Below, one piece after another: positions 1-12,282 of a stretch of DNA of 42,002 nucleotides; position 1 is the stretch's first letter, and each line of letters begins with the position of its first letter. The notes below the pieces were generated by a model that saw only the letters and a program-made list of their open reading frames with translations, had not been told where the DNA came from and made no database searches. A program made the translations under genes and the position numbers. Source of the stretch: Thelocarpon superellum (taxonomy: Eukaryota); NCBI GenBank assembly GCA_026025795.1, contig JAPEUG010000116.1:1-42002 (forward strand). Direction: 5' to 3'.

Positions 1-16
1 TACGACGATCGCCTAC

Positions 17-62
17 CCTTGTACGCCTGCTCGAACTCTGGCTCGGCGGGGTAGTTGGACAT
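17..62 (-). CDS. gdhA: NADP-specific glutamate dehydrogenase, exon 1 (gene runs off the left edge)
   Basis: Minus strand from ATG at 62 reads MSNYPAEPEFEQAYK, then a GTAGGC donor at 16. This matches the N-terminus of fungal NADP-GDH (Neurospora am, MSNLPSEPEFEQAYKEL). Not in the ORF track. Confidence 0.9.
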
Positions 63-174
63 GATTGGGACGGCGGTGTGTGATTCACGATGGTACGAGC
101 GCTCAGACAGTCAATGGTCATGTGGAAATCAGCTCGATGACGGAAGTTGGTCAGGACACGGCAATGCAGAGGAG

Positions 175-204
175 GGTGGTGGTGGTGGTGGTGGTGGTGG
201 TGGT
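175..204. repeat. (GGT)10 microsatellite upstream of gdhA
   Basis: Ten perfect GGT units read directly; TATATA lies at about 215-221. Confidence 0.9.
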
Positions 205-922
205 CAACGGTCAATATATATGGTATGACGCGGTGTCATACGACTCGTATTGGCGGAGTAGGACGACTCGCCCGGACGCTGGCAAGACTGCACACCATGT
301 GCAAGCGCAGGCACCCCGCCGGCCTGGGCGGAGAGCTCTCGCCGTCACGCCGACAGACACGACCTACGCGTACGGTACTTGGCATAGGAACCAGCAGCCG
401 CTGAGACCGGCCCGCCTGGAAGGGAGAAAGGCCGAAGGTGGTAAGAATGGCAATGTGGCGTGGGGAATGGGCAAAGGCGAGGTATGAACGAATGGGGACG
501 ACGGAGACAGCACACCCCGTCACCGGTAGCTGCGGGCTGCGGGCGACTGGTTGCCGGACTGCTGGGCTGCGCGCAAGCTGCATGCACGCAGGAGACTGAT
601 GGAAAAGTTCATCGTCCTGCACCCACGGCAATTGAGTGCGGCATTTGCCCCACGCAGAGCTGGACAGAATCCCGCTCGGAGCTGGTCATGCTGCAGCTCA
701 GAGCTCAACCACGCCGTCGTACATCCTCAGCCTCGTCATCGCAATCGGGCTTCTTGACCTCCACCTCTTCCGCCCGGTGGAGGTGGTCCGGGTAGCTTTG
801 GCCAGGTAGCTCCGACTACCGGTGGTGCTCCCGTAACTACGTGCGAGTATCGTACGAGTACTACTCGTAGTCGTGCTGCTGCCGGACCATACTATGGTAA
901 TGATGTTGTCATGAGCTCGTCC

Positions 923-951
923 TGATAGGTCAAAGCTTATCCAAGCTTATC
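923..951. promoter_or_regulatory. Cluster of three HGATAR (GATA factor, AreA-type) sites upstream of gdhA
   Basis: TGATAG at 923-928, CTTATC at 936-941 and 946-951 (direct repeat AAGCTTATCC), about 860-890 bp upstream of the gdhA ATG. Confidence 0.45.
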
Positions 952-1934
952 CGAGCTCTTTCATTGGTCGCCTTGCTGAGCAGCGTCGTAGCGTCGTGGG
1001 GTCGTAGCTCCCACGTACCCACCCCACCACCACGACACGACAGACTTGCGCTCATGTTCCGCGACCAGACCATCGCTAAGTCGTGTGCGTACGAGTACGA
1101 GCGCGAGGAATCGTACCTGGGGACCTCCGGTTACCGTTTAGCTACAAGCATGCTACGGATCATTCCTCGGCGCAGGACGAACGGAGCGAAGAATTCTCTT
1201 CGCGTGACTGCCATTTTGTTCGGTCGCGCATCGGTGGCCTTGAATCCGAGAAACGATGGACCATTGACGCTCCATGATGTGGGTGGAGAGCTGCACCACG
1301 TGCCGAACGTTTGGTAGCTCCGGGGACTGGCTCTCGCGGACAGGGCACAGCGGGCCTGAAGACCTTCGCTTTCCTCTCGTCTGACCACCGCCATCAGCCG
1401 GCGAAGCTGCGAGAGGTTCGGTTTTGCTCGGCTTGACCACGACGACGAGCAATCGCAATTGGATCGAAACCCGTCTGGCTCCACCGGATCCTTTCCACAC
1501 CTCCCACTTACGTCACGCTCATCACCCCACATTGCGAAAAGGACGTGGAAGCAATCGAGCGAGGCAGTCGCTCTGTTTCTTCGATGCCGATTGTCCGTCC
1601 AGCCTTGTACCGCGCGAGCGGGATCTGGCATCATTACTTCACGTGAGGTAACTGAACTCTCTCCACCCCACTCCCACTCCCTTGAACCCATGTGGATGTG
1701 TAATCATATGACGGATGCATTCATCAGCCGCAATGTACGGTGATGTCTCCCGCACACCCGCCCACGTAGGGACGTAGGTAGGGAGGTAACTTCTGGGCGT
1801 TCGGACTGCAGTATCAAATCTCCTCCCAGGCACTCCGATACGCCCGTGCCCCTCGATGTCGTGAAAACCCAACCCGCTATGCAGTAGATGACATAGATGA
1901 CGAACGGGCACCAAGATGAACGCCGGAGGTGGTG

Positions 1935-4900
1935 TCACGTGCCCGTCGACTGACGCTCAAGATGCTCCAAGTCGGAGAATTTGCGATCCGCCTGCTTCCA
2001 CCACGTCAACCCACTCAAGGCGCGCGAAGTCCGACGCCGACGCAACGCGTGCACCGAATCGTCTGCTCTGATGTGATCCACCTGCGTCCGAGCCGCGGGA
2101 ACGAGATTGAGGTAGGTCGGGAAGACGGCGCCGAAGGCGTAGAGCGCCACCACGACCGCGAGCGCCTCCTGGATCCCGCTGGCGAGAAAGACGGCGTGCG
2201 CCACGGCGGGGAAGATGCCGCCACCGGATGCCGCCGCCGTCAGCAACGTCGCCGCCGTCTTGGTGTAGGATCCCATTCCGCGAAGGGAGATGGCAAAGAC
2301 CAACGGCCAGATGGCAGACTGCGCGCTCGTTAGCGCTCCCGTGCGTGCGGTGCGGAGAGGGCGGCCAACACACCTCGAACAAAGTGGCCAGGATCACCAT
2401 GGTCGCCCCAGTATTGTCCATCGTGTGCATGGCGAGCGACGAGGTCACAATCGAGCCGAGGAAGGCAAACGCCAGGATCCACCGCGAGTTGACAAAGACG
2501 CTGAGCAACGCCGCCAGGAAGCGTCCGGCGGCAAAACAGCCCAAGGCGATCATCCGGCAATTAAAGGACACCAAGATGGGCGAGCTGCGCGGCGTTAGCC
2601 AAAGATCCGCCCGCCATGACCTCTCCTCGACAAACCTCGGGTTGGCGTCGTCGACGTATTTGGTAAAGGCAGTCGCGAGCGTCTCTTGCGCCCCCACGTA
2701 GCAGAACTGCGCGAACACGCCTAGGCCCAACGTCACCCACATGACGTTGACCCCGCCCACTTTGCCATGGTCGGTGCATTGGGCCTCGTCCAGCTCCTCG
2801 TCCCTGTCCAGGTGTCAGCTGAGCACCCTCACCCTCACCCTCAGCAAGGAAAGGAGGGCCAGGACAACGTACGAGGCTTCCGGCAAGGGCAGGTAATAGA
2901 AGACGACGGCCAAGACAATGTCAAAGAGGGCGATGGAGAGGTAGGCCCACTGCGTGTCGAGCGAGGAAAAGGCGTGTTCCACGGGCCGGAAGATGACCAG
3001 CTGGGCCAGGAGCGGCGACACAACGCCGCCAATGGCTTGCACGCCTTGGGCAAAGTTCAGCCGGGCATCCGCGTACTGCGGCGGGCCGCAGAGGAAGATG
3101 AAAGGATTGGCCGCCGTCTCCAGCGTGGCCAAGCCCGTGCCCACGACGAAGTTGGACAGGGCAAAGGCGGGAAAGGAGCCCAGGACGGCCGAGGGCCAGA
3201 AGATCAACGTGCCACAGGCGTAGATGCACAGGCCCGTGATGAACGTCGCCTTGAACCCCCACCGCCGCAGCACCAGCCGCCCGATGGTTGGGGGCCCGAC
3301 GAAGTACCCGGCCCAGTAGGCGCTGTGCAACCCCGTCTGCTGGTTCGGGTTGGATTCGGCGCCGAGGATGACGGACTGGAAGTAGACGTTGAGCGCGTCC
3401 AGGAGCCCGTAGGCGAAGCCCCACATGAAGAAGAGGATGGTGACCATGGCCATGGGAAAGTAGGACTGCCGCGTCGTGATGCTCATCATGCTCTTGGGAC
3501 GCGTCGGATTGACAAAGTCGTAAAAGGGGCTGGACGCGGTGCCCGACGGCGCTGGCTCCGCCCGCCGCGCCCGCGGCGGCAGCTCCGTCATGTCGGGCGT
3601 GGTCAAAAAGTCAATCATGTCCATCTCGTACCCCTTGGGCGACACGGCCGTGCTCGCCTCGCTCGGGTGCGACGGCATCCGCTGCGCGCTGACCACGTCG
3701 GGCGGCGCCGGCGGCAGCGGCGTGACGCGGTCCTCGTGGGCCGCGGCGTCGGTGGCGCCGCCGGGTGTCGGCTTCTCGCCCTCGGCGTGCGAATGGAGCC
3801 GCTCGGCTGCCGTGCTCCCGAGCGGAGGCACGTGGCTGCCATCCAACCGCCGGGCAAAGCAATAGGGGTTCATCTCGTCCACGTCGTGGAGCATGCGCGG
3901 GAGCACGCGCGAGATCAGAGGCTTCAGCGTCGGGATGCACGCGCAGATGATGCCGACGTTGACCTCGACGGCACTCCACATGAACGCCAAGGATGCGTAC
4001 CAGCCAAAGTCGTCGCGGCCCCCGATCCGTGCGCTGGTCATGGCCGGATCTTGCGCCCGCGACAACCAGGCCTGCTCCAGATAGGCGATGCGGACGACGT
4101 CCACGATCGCGACGAAGCCACCCAGCGCTGGTCCGATGCGTCAGCCGAGCGAGACGGGCGCGTGCGAAACTCATCTACCTACCAAAGGTGAGGACCAAGA
4201 TGGATTTTTGCTTCCGCGGTAGATGCATGCCCGTCAGGATGGGCATGGGCAAGAAGAGGATGGCGAGATCGGTGATGATGTTGACCGGGGCCGAGGAGAG
4301 GTACAGCGTGACGATGTCGATGCAGTGGGCCGAGGAGGGGAGGGGATCTTCAAAGACATCCGAGAGCGGCGCGCACTGGTAGATGTTCAAGACGGTCAGC
4401 GCGAGGCCGGCCGCGTTGACCACGATCAGCGTGGCGATGGAGGCCCATTTGAACATGGGCTGCACTTTAGACAGGTTGAGATAGAAGGCCAGGATGGAGG
4501 TCTTGGTGGCCATCAAGGCCGGATTCTGCACATGCCGTCAGCGGGTGTGCGCGGCATGCCGACGGAGCGGGGCGGGAGGGAGAGCGGTACATAGAGCACG
4601 GAAAAGACGTATTCCGACCGAGTCAGGGAGACGCGCCACTCGGGAAGGATGTTGACATCGTGCAATCCCAAGCCGCGCGAGGTGCCATAGCAGATGGAAA
4701 AGGATAGTCCAACGGCCAGAAGCTGGAGCAGGACGGGCGTCAGCAGGTGCTCCCTCGACCGGTGCGCGGCGACGGCGCGTACCCAGGCCAAGATCATGAA
4801 GTAGTCAGACCAGGACACCCGCCGGACTATGGCGAGGCGTGAGATGACGCGCAGCAGGACGAAGCAGGTTGATGCGGTGGCGACGCCGGCGGTGACGGCG

Positions 4901-4947
4901 AGTACCACCGGGCCCCGATTGTCCACGCCGGGTACATTGGCGGACAT
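1935..4947 (-). CDS. PTH11-like (fungal rhodopsin domain) membrane protein fused to an MFS L-fucose-permease (FucP-like) transporter; 7 exons, about 885 aa
   Basis: Exons 4947-4783, 4722-4591, 4525-4183, 4127-2873, 2803-2636, 2584-2374, 2318-1935, all GT-AG and frame-consistent. The N-half has PTH11 motifs (SDYFMILAW, NIITDLAILFLPMP, WSAVEVNVGIICACIP). The C-half has FucP-family motifs (LFFMWGFAYGLLD, LETAANPFI, FCYVGAQE). Confidence 0.88.
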
Positions 4948-6854
4948 GTTGGCACCCACGGGGCGCTCAGCGCGAGGAGCAGGCCGATGCCTCGAGCGCA
5001 ACGCGGACGAGACGCCGCGAAGGGGGTGATGGTCGCGAAGCCGGGCACGGCAGAGGCGCAGGGCGACCTCGCATCTCACGAAGAGGACAGCGGTGGCGAC
5101 TCGACGGACGAGGAGAGAAGAGAGGGATGAGGAGGGGAGAAGAAGCGGCCGTCCGCGCGCCGCATGGCGAGACGCATGGCAAGACGCATGGCGAGGACGC
5201 AGGGTTCACAGCGGGTGAGCTCAGGCCCCTCCTCGGTAGGGTGGTCATGTTGGGGCGTCTTGGGCCATCAATGGCAGATGCTTCATCGGGCGCAACGGGG
5301 TCCCTCGTCCAGCTCGCGAGGCTCGTCAACGAGAGCCGTGGGAAGGAAACGAGCGGCTGGTCCGACGTGGTCCGGCGTAGTGAGGGGTCCGTGGAGCGCA
5401 CCATGAGGGCGCATGTGCGCGGCGAGCAATTGCCGCAGCATCCTGACATCCTGATGCTAGCGCGGGGCGTGGATGACCGCCCCCCAGGGTGTGCCATGGA
5501 GGGGGGAGCCAGGCAGGAGGCCAGGATGAGGGCCAGGTCAGCGAGGGTCGATAGGTTGACACGACCAGCTCCACCAGTGGAGACGCGGGGCAGCCCAGGG
5601 ACGATGGGGGAAGGTCGGCCTTCGCTTGGCCGGGGTGCAGCTGGCTAGGAGATGAACGACGGTCCGGCGAAGGTTTGCTCGAACGACCGCGACCCGTCCG
5701 CGGCCAATCAGCGCCCGCCTCTCCGCCGTGGTGACGCCAGGCAGACGAGATGATGCCCTTTCGCCCTCTCACATGCCGAAAGGATTCCTTCGCTGCATCC
5801 TTGTTCCGATCCTTGACTAGCCCGCTGGGCGATTGAGGTAATCGTGGGCGGCTCGCACTGACGTGTCTGTTCCTGCGCAGACTCTCACCGATGAACAGTG
5901 AACGCGTGCCATGCGAAACAGGCCTGCGAGGTCCCATGGGTAGGTGTGGGTCGCGCTGGTCCCGCCGTTCGTTGGGTCGGGTCGAGAATGAGACGGGGCT
6001 ATTTCGCGTGGCTCCCTACGCTTATGCCTGGCTGTTCCTAAGCTTAGGGCGTCGACCGCCCGGGACCGCGAGTGCTGCTCGACCCCGCAATGAACCACGT
6101 TGCGGGGACTGCTCGAGCTGCAGTAGCCCAGCTGTAGCCCCCGTAGTCGGAGGGATCGCCACCCTAAGCCAGTGATCAAGACGCGGATCTGGACGGGTGG
6201 ACGCCGGCTCAGCGACGGAGGTACGCCCTCCGGCTGGTAAGCCGGAGGGATGCTCCCTGTCTGTGGCTACTTGCGTCACCGCGCGATGGCTCGAAGCACG
6301 ACGTATGGTCCCAAGGAACAAGGTGCCCTGCTCGTAAAGCACTACCTTTGATGCAGGAGTAATGTTACTTCGTATCATCGCAGGGACTCATCTTCCTGGA
6401 CCGCGGGTCGCGAGGAGCGCCACTGTCTAAGGCGGATCCACAGGACATTGCGGGCTCGTGGTGGACGTGTATTAGCTCAGCACCCTATCGAGCATCCTAT
6501 GTAATCCGAACTACTCGTACCGACCGCGAGTGGGCCAATAAATGTCACGAGAGAAGTGACACGAGAGATCTGTGGCCATGTGCGATATGTCCAGGCTTGC
6601 TCTCCACCGGGCAACTGTGTAGTGTGTCAATTTCAGATGTGTTTGCCTACTTTCCCATCTCGCCCGCGGTGCAGACGGAGTGCCTGAATACCGCAAGTGC
6701 CGGAACGTGCGAACGCGATAGCGCGAGTATGGGCGATGCCGGGCCGCTGTAGCACATGTCACTCCGTACCGACGGCCTCCCTCCGTCACCCCGCATAAGC
6801 CGTTACGCCACGGACATGGTCTACACATGTCCCCTCGACTGATGCAGCATCTCG

Positions 6855-6894
6855 TCACTTTCACTTTCACTTTCACTTTCACTGTCACTCTCAC
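6855..6894. repeat. (TCACTT)n hexamer microsatellite in the AKR 5' region
   Basis: Four perfect TCACTT units plus degenerate copies immediately upstream of ATG 6924. Confidence 0.8.
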
Positions 6895-6923
6895 AGCGAA
6901 GCCAACATCCTCTCACGTCACAC

Positions 6924-8093
6924 ATGTCTGAACTCCCCACCCGCCAGTTGGGCCGGAATGGTCCACAGGTCTCCGCCATGGGCTTCGGCCTGATGGGGCT
7001 TAGTGCATTCTACGGGTAAGGATCACTACGGAGGGGAAGGAGAGCCGGGAGAGGCAGAGCGGAGGGGAGAAAAGAGAGGAGAGGGAGGCAAGGGCGAATA
7101 TGCTGACTCATGCGGACACAGCGAGGTTGAATCAGACGAGGCGCGGTTCAAGGTGCTGGACCATGCCTTTGCGCTAGGCGAACGCAACTGGGATTCCGCC
7201 GATGCCTACGGCGACAGCGAGGATCTACTGGGCAAATGGTTCCAGAAGACAGGCCTCCGGGACCAGATCTTCCTCGCCACCAAATTTGCCCTGGGTGCGC
7301 CCGGTGGCACCCGGAGCGATCCCGAATATGTGCGCCAGGCGTGCGAGAAGAGTCTGCGGCGACTTGACACGCCGTTCATCGACCTTTACTATTGCCATCG
7401 CGTCGATCGGAAGACGCCGGTGGAGAAGACGGTCGAGGCCATGGTGGAGCTGAAGAAGGAGGGCAAGATTCGCCACTTGGGTCTCAGCGAGGTCTCGTCG
7501 GCCACCCTCCGACGTGCGTGTGCGGTGCACCACATCGCCGCGGTCCAGGTGGAGTACAATCCCTTCACGCTCGACATTGAGAATGCAGAGGTTGGCTTGC
7601 TCCAGACCTGCCGGGAACTCGGCGTCGCCATCGTGGCGTATAGTCCGCTCGGCCGAGGCTTTGTCACGGGTCAGTACAAGTCGGTGGATGACTTTGAGCC
7701 CAACGACTTCCGTCGCCTCTCCCCCCGGTTTTCCCCCGAGAACTTCCCCCAGAATTTGAAGCTCGTGGACGATCTTGCCATCATAGCCAACACAAAGGGC
7801 TGCACCACGGGTCAGCTCTGTCTGGCTTGGCTCTTGGCACAGGGAGAGGACATCATTCCCATCCCTGGCACCAAGAAGGTCAAATACCTTGAGGAGAATC
7901 TCGGCGCCATCAAGGTCCACTTGACTCCCCAGGAAGTGCGAGAGATCCGGGCGTGTGTGGATTCCGCCGAGGTCCACGGCGCTCGCTATCCCCCCGCGTA
8001 CGTGTGCCCGTCGCTCCGTGTCCGCGCGCTCGAAGCTGACTGATCCACAGCTTGATGGCGGCGGTGTTTGCCGACACGCCGGCATTGACTTGA
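6924..8093 (+). CDS. Aldo-keto reductase (YakC/AKR13-like), 3 exons
   Basis: Exons 6924-7015, 7122-7997, 8051-8093. Starts MSELPTRQLGRNGPQVSAMGFGLMG; has DSADAYG, IFLATKF, IDLYYCHR, GLSE, AYSPLGRG and IPIPGT AKR motifs. Confidence 0.93.
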
Positions 8094-9432
8094 TGGCCCC
8101 GCCTGCAGGATGCCAGCCAACCCCCGGCTTCGTTTCACGACACCACACGTGCTTTGGTGGAGCGTCGACGGCGCTGTGACCGTAGCGACCGCTCACGTCT
8201 CATGCATCCTGGAGTGCTCGGCCCGTGAGGACCAGGAGTTGGAGTGGGTACCAAGCAACCGATCGCCATCCAGGCTGGATGGTGTGACTCGGACAGCACG
8301 CAGTGTAGAGCCATTACGAACAATCTACACGTTGTCTGAACTCAAGACACTGACAAAGGCAAGTAGCGTGCCATCAAGCGTCACCCTGACCAGTACGAGA
8401 GGACGTGCTCCTAGCGGGAATCCCTCGCGGACCGCCGGAGTAACGGAGTTGGCCGTTTTGCAGGGGTATACGCCGGCTGACAGGCTGACGTGCCGACGTT
8501 GGGGAGCACGAGTACGGGGTAGCCAGAGTAGAGGCACAGCCGGTCGAAGTGACTTCTACTCAGTGTAGTACTCCGTACAGGCGCCTATGATGCGTCCAGC
8601 AGGGCGTTCGCCAACCGATCCGTCCCTCGAACGTCCCTTGTGGAGGTGTTTAGCTTACGGTCAGCCCTCCGAGCGAGATACAAGAGGCGAGCCCAAGTAT
8701 CGTATCTGCACCGTGCCGGGATTGAGGACAATTCCACGCCGTTCGCGGGCCCAGCTCGGTGGAACGTGAGCAGCAAGGGCATTATGGTTGGCGATGGGCA
8801 GTGCACGACCTGCATCCAAATGCCGCGTCGGCCGGCGGCTGCAACACAGGGATACCGTGCCGTCGAGTTACCGTAACGCATCTCTCCAGGCCCAGTCTCT
8901 TATCGTCGATCATCCAGCGGACCGATCTAACTACCGCAGGCGAAGCAACGCACCTTAGCCGCGTGTCTTCGCGGTCTTGCCGCCCGTCCCACAGTCCCCG
9001 ACTTTCTCCGGGCGGAATCTGCCGAGGGTGCCGGACTTAGTGTAGCTCGCCATCGGCGTGGAAGCTCGTCCATCTGTATCATCTGCCCCGGCGTCCTGAC
9101 TAAGAATGATAGACTCCCGACGTGCTCGTCGTGCTCGTGAACTCAATCACCATGCATGATCGATTCTGATATTCAATCCGTTTTCGGCCGAGAGCAGCAA
9201 GGTGCGCCACGCCTTCATCGTTCAATTGATCGGCACTCACCGCTCGTAATCTAGGTCGAATCAACGGGAAAGCTGATGCATGTGACGAAAGGTCCAGAGA
9301 GCACCACCGCGCCAGACACGCATCGCGTTCTAGGACAAAGTCATCACCTCATCACCTCCTCACCTCATCCGTCCATCTCACCATGAGTGCCTGGAATCGG
9401 CAGTAGCCGCGCCCCTCCAGTCAACCGCGTAC

Positions 9433-11903
9433 ATGGCCGCCCGTCCACCCCGGCGGCTCTGGAAGCCATTCCTCTATCTCACCACGGCTACGGGCGTCGC
9501 TGGGGGAGCCTTGTATTTTGCCTATCGTCCGCGGACCATCCCCGGCTCCGACCCGGCTACCGTCCCTCCGCCAGGCTACGGCGAAGGCGGCACCTTCAGA
9601 CCACCCAAATTCCCCCGCGTCAAGAGTCGAGCGGAACAGATTGCCAATCTCAAGGCCTCTGCCCCCTCGAAACACGGCAGCAGCATCTTCAGCACTTTCT
9701 CTGGGCTCACCAGCCTCTTGGGATTCGGCGATCGGACTGCGTCCGACTCCGATGCTGATGCCGAGCCCTATGACCTGTTGATCATCGGTGGCGGCGCGAC
9801 GGGTACGGGCATTGCCCTCGACGCCGCCACCCGTGGACTCAAGGTCGCCATGGTCGAGCGAGACGACTTCAGCAGTGGCACCAGCAGTAAAAGCACCAAG
9901 CTGGTGCATGGAGGGGTTCGATACCTCGAGAAGGCCGTCTGGGACCTGGACTACAACCAGTACGCCCTGGTCAAGGAGGCATTGCGGGAACGGAAATACT
10001 TCTTGGACACCGCCCCGCATCTGTCCATGTGGTTACCCATCATGCTGCCTATCGACAAGTGGTGGAAGGCCCCGTGGGTGACCAATTGACCCCGCATGGC
10101 GGCCCGGACGCTGACGGGGGCAGGTACTACTGGGCTGGCACGAAGTTCTACGACATCTTGGCCGGGTCCGAGAACATTGAGAGTTCATACTTCTTGACCA
10201 AGAGCAAGGCCCTGGATGCCTTTCCCATGCTCAAGAGGAACGACCTGTTTGGAGCACTCGTATACTACGGTCAGTGGTGGAGAACGAGCGCCTCCGCTTG
10301 ATGCTGACCCGCGCAGATGGCGCGCACAACGACTCACGGATGAACGTCTCTCTGGCAATGACGGCGGCCTTGTATGGCGCCACGGTGGTGAACCACTTGG
10401 AGGTGACGGGACTGGAGAAGAACGCAGAGGGAAGGCTCGAAGGAGCGCGGGTGAAGGATCTGGTACCCGGGAAGAACGGCAAGACGGCACCGGAGTTTTC
10501 CATCAAGGCCAAGGGCATCATCAACGCGACCGGCCCCTTTACCGATTCCATCCGAAAGATGGACCAACAGGATGTGGAGGAGATCGTGGCACCTAGTTCC
10601 GGGGTACATGTCGTCCTCCCCGGATACTATAGCCCAGCCAACATGGTTTGCGACCATGACGTCCCTCGTCTCACCCGACGCGAAGCTGATGGGCGAACAG
10701 GGTCTCATTGATCCTTCTACGTCCGACGGCCGAGTCATCTTCTTCCTTCCGTGGCAAGGCAACACGATCGCTGGCACCACCGACGCACCCACGGAGATCA
10801 CGCCAAGTCCCATTGCGGGCGAGGCCGAGATCGACTGGATCCTGTCGGAGATCCGCACCTACCTGGCGCCGTCAATCAACGTTCGGCGAGGTGATGTGCT
10901 GTCGGCCTGGTCGGGCATCCGGCCGCTAGTGCGCGATCCTAAGGCGAAGAACACCGAGTCGCTCGTGCGAAACCATCTTGTCGACCTCTCCGAGTCGGGT
11001 CTCCTGACATGCGCTGGTGGCAAGTGGACGACATATCGGCAGATGGCCGAAGATACCGTCGACGCAGCTATCAAGGACTTCCAGCTCCAGCCGGCGCCCG
11101 TGAACAACGCTCCCGACGTGAGCGGAACAGAGATGGTCAACGACGGGGCGCGTCTGGACGGCAGCTGCCAGACACACCAGGTGAAGCTGATCGGGTCGCA
11201 CGGCTACTCCAAGACGCTCTTCATCAACCTGATTCAGCACTTTGGCGTCGAGACGGACGTGGCGCGGCACCTGACAGAATCCTACGGCGACCGCGCCTGG
11301 ACCGTCGCCGCCCTCTCCTCCCCCACCGAATCCCGCTTCCCGGTGCGCGGCCACCGTCTCTCGCCCCTCTACCCCTTCATCGACGGCGAGGTGCGGTACG
11401 CCGTGCGGCACGAGTACGCACAGACGGCCATCGACGTGCTGGCCCGGCGCACGCGCCTCGCTTTCCTCAACGCACAAGCGACGCTTGAGGCGCTCCCGAA
11501 AGTCATTGACCTGATGGCGGAGGAGCTGAAATGGGACAGCAAGCGCAAGGCGCGCGAATGGGCGGAGAGCGTGCAATTCCTGGCGTCCATGGGCCTGCCA
11601 AAGAGCCAACTCGGCGCCACCCGCCGCGACGTCGAGAGCGGTCGCGCCAGCCAGTTTGAAGACGAGGAATACCGCATGTACTCTCGACACGGTGAGCCCA
11701 CTATCCCCAACCAGCATTGACGGGAGCGGGAGATGGTGAGGTGTGAGGTATCAGGTGTGAAGCGGGATGCGCTAGCTGACGGGAGTCATATCATAGACCG
11801 CCCCGCAGACCAACTGCAGAGTGATTTGAACCCGGTGCTCGAGAAGGAATCACCCGCCAATCAACAGGAGGTCAGAGGTCAGGGTCAGGAAGCAGCACGG
11901 TAG
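9433..11903 (+). CDS. GUT2: Mitochondrial FAD-dependent glycerol-3-phosphate dehydrogenase, 5 exons
   Basis: Introns 10074-10123, 10270-10316, 10645-10700, 11692-11796. Motifs DLLIIGGGATG, GTSSKSTKLVHGGVRYLE, SAWSGIRPL, GGKWTTYR; N-terminal basic segment plus TM helix. Confidence 0.95.
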
Positions 11904-12282
11904 GAAGGTCCGCGTGTCGGCTTTGGATATAGCGCAGGAGAAGAGGGGGACCAGAGAGGGGTGATTGATTAATTGATTGGGGAGATAGATATTGTAATCA
12001 CCGCGCATTTCCTTCGCCTCTCTCTACGAAGTTGCACGTTGCATATACCGGGTTACTGTCGAGGACAGAAGATGAGTAGGCGGAGGGAGACCGTCACGAG
12101 ATCGTACTCTTCGTCGATGCCCGTGTCTCATCGTCTCTCGTATCTGCACCTCGTCCGCATCTCGTCCGCATCTCATTGATCAAGGTCAAGGCTCGGACTC
12201 AGACTCTGGCTCGTACGGGTACCACAGCTATGACACAACGGCAACGACACTGAGCAAAGCCGAACATCGCAGCCGCCGTTCA

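Noticed and set aside
65..1900. Many short ORFs, including poly-Val and poly-Trp frames
   Set aside because: Products of the (GGT)10 repeat and GC-rich intergenic DNA; the region is best explained as gdhA upstream sequence.
2767..4191. 474-aa plus-strand ORF, and similar long ORFs at 7225-8196, 25039-26001, 27013-27930, 27460-28509, 32941-34188 and 35143-36342
   Set aside because: Antisense or shifted-frame shadows of GC3-rich real genes, with no recognisable motifs.
4967..5937. ORFs of 170-200 aa upstream of the PTH11-MFS gene
   Set aside because: Low-complexity Arg/Pro/Ser content with no motifs. They could be uORFs, but the TSS is unknown.
8091..8130. Cryptic peroxisomal (PTS1) readthrough extension of the aldo-keto reductase
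   Set aside because: The stop context is TGA TGG, not TGA CTA, and no nearby SKL-type terminus follows.
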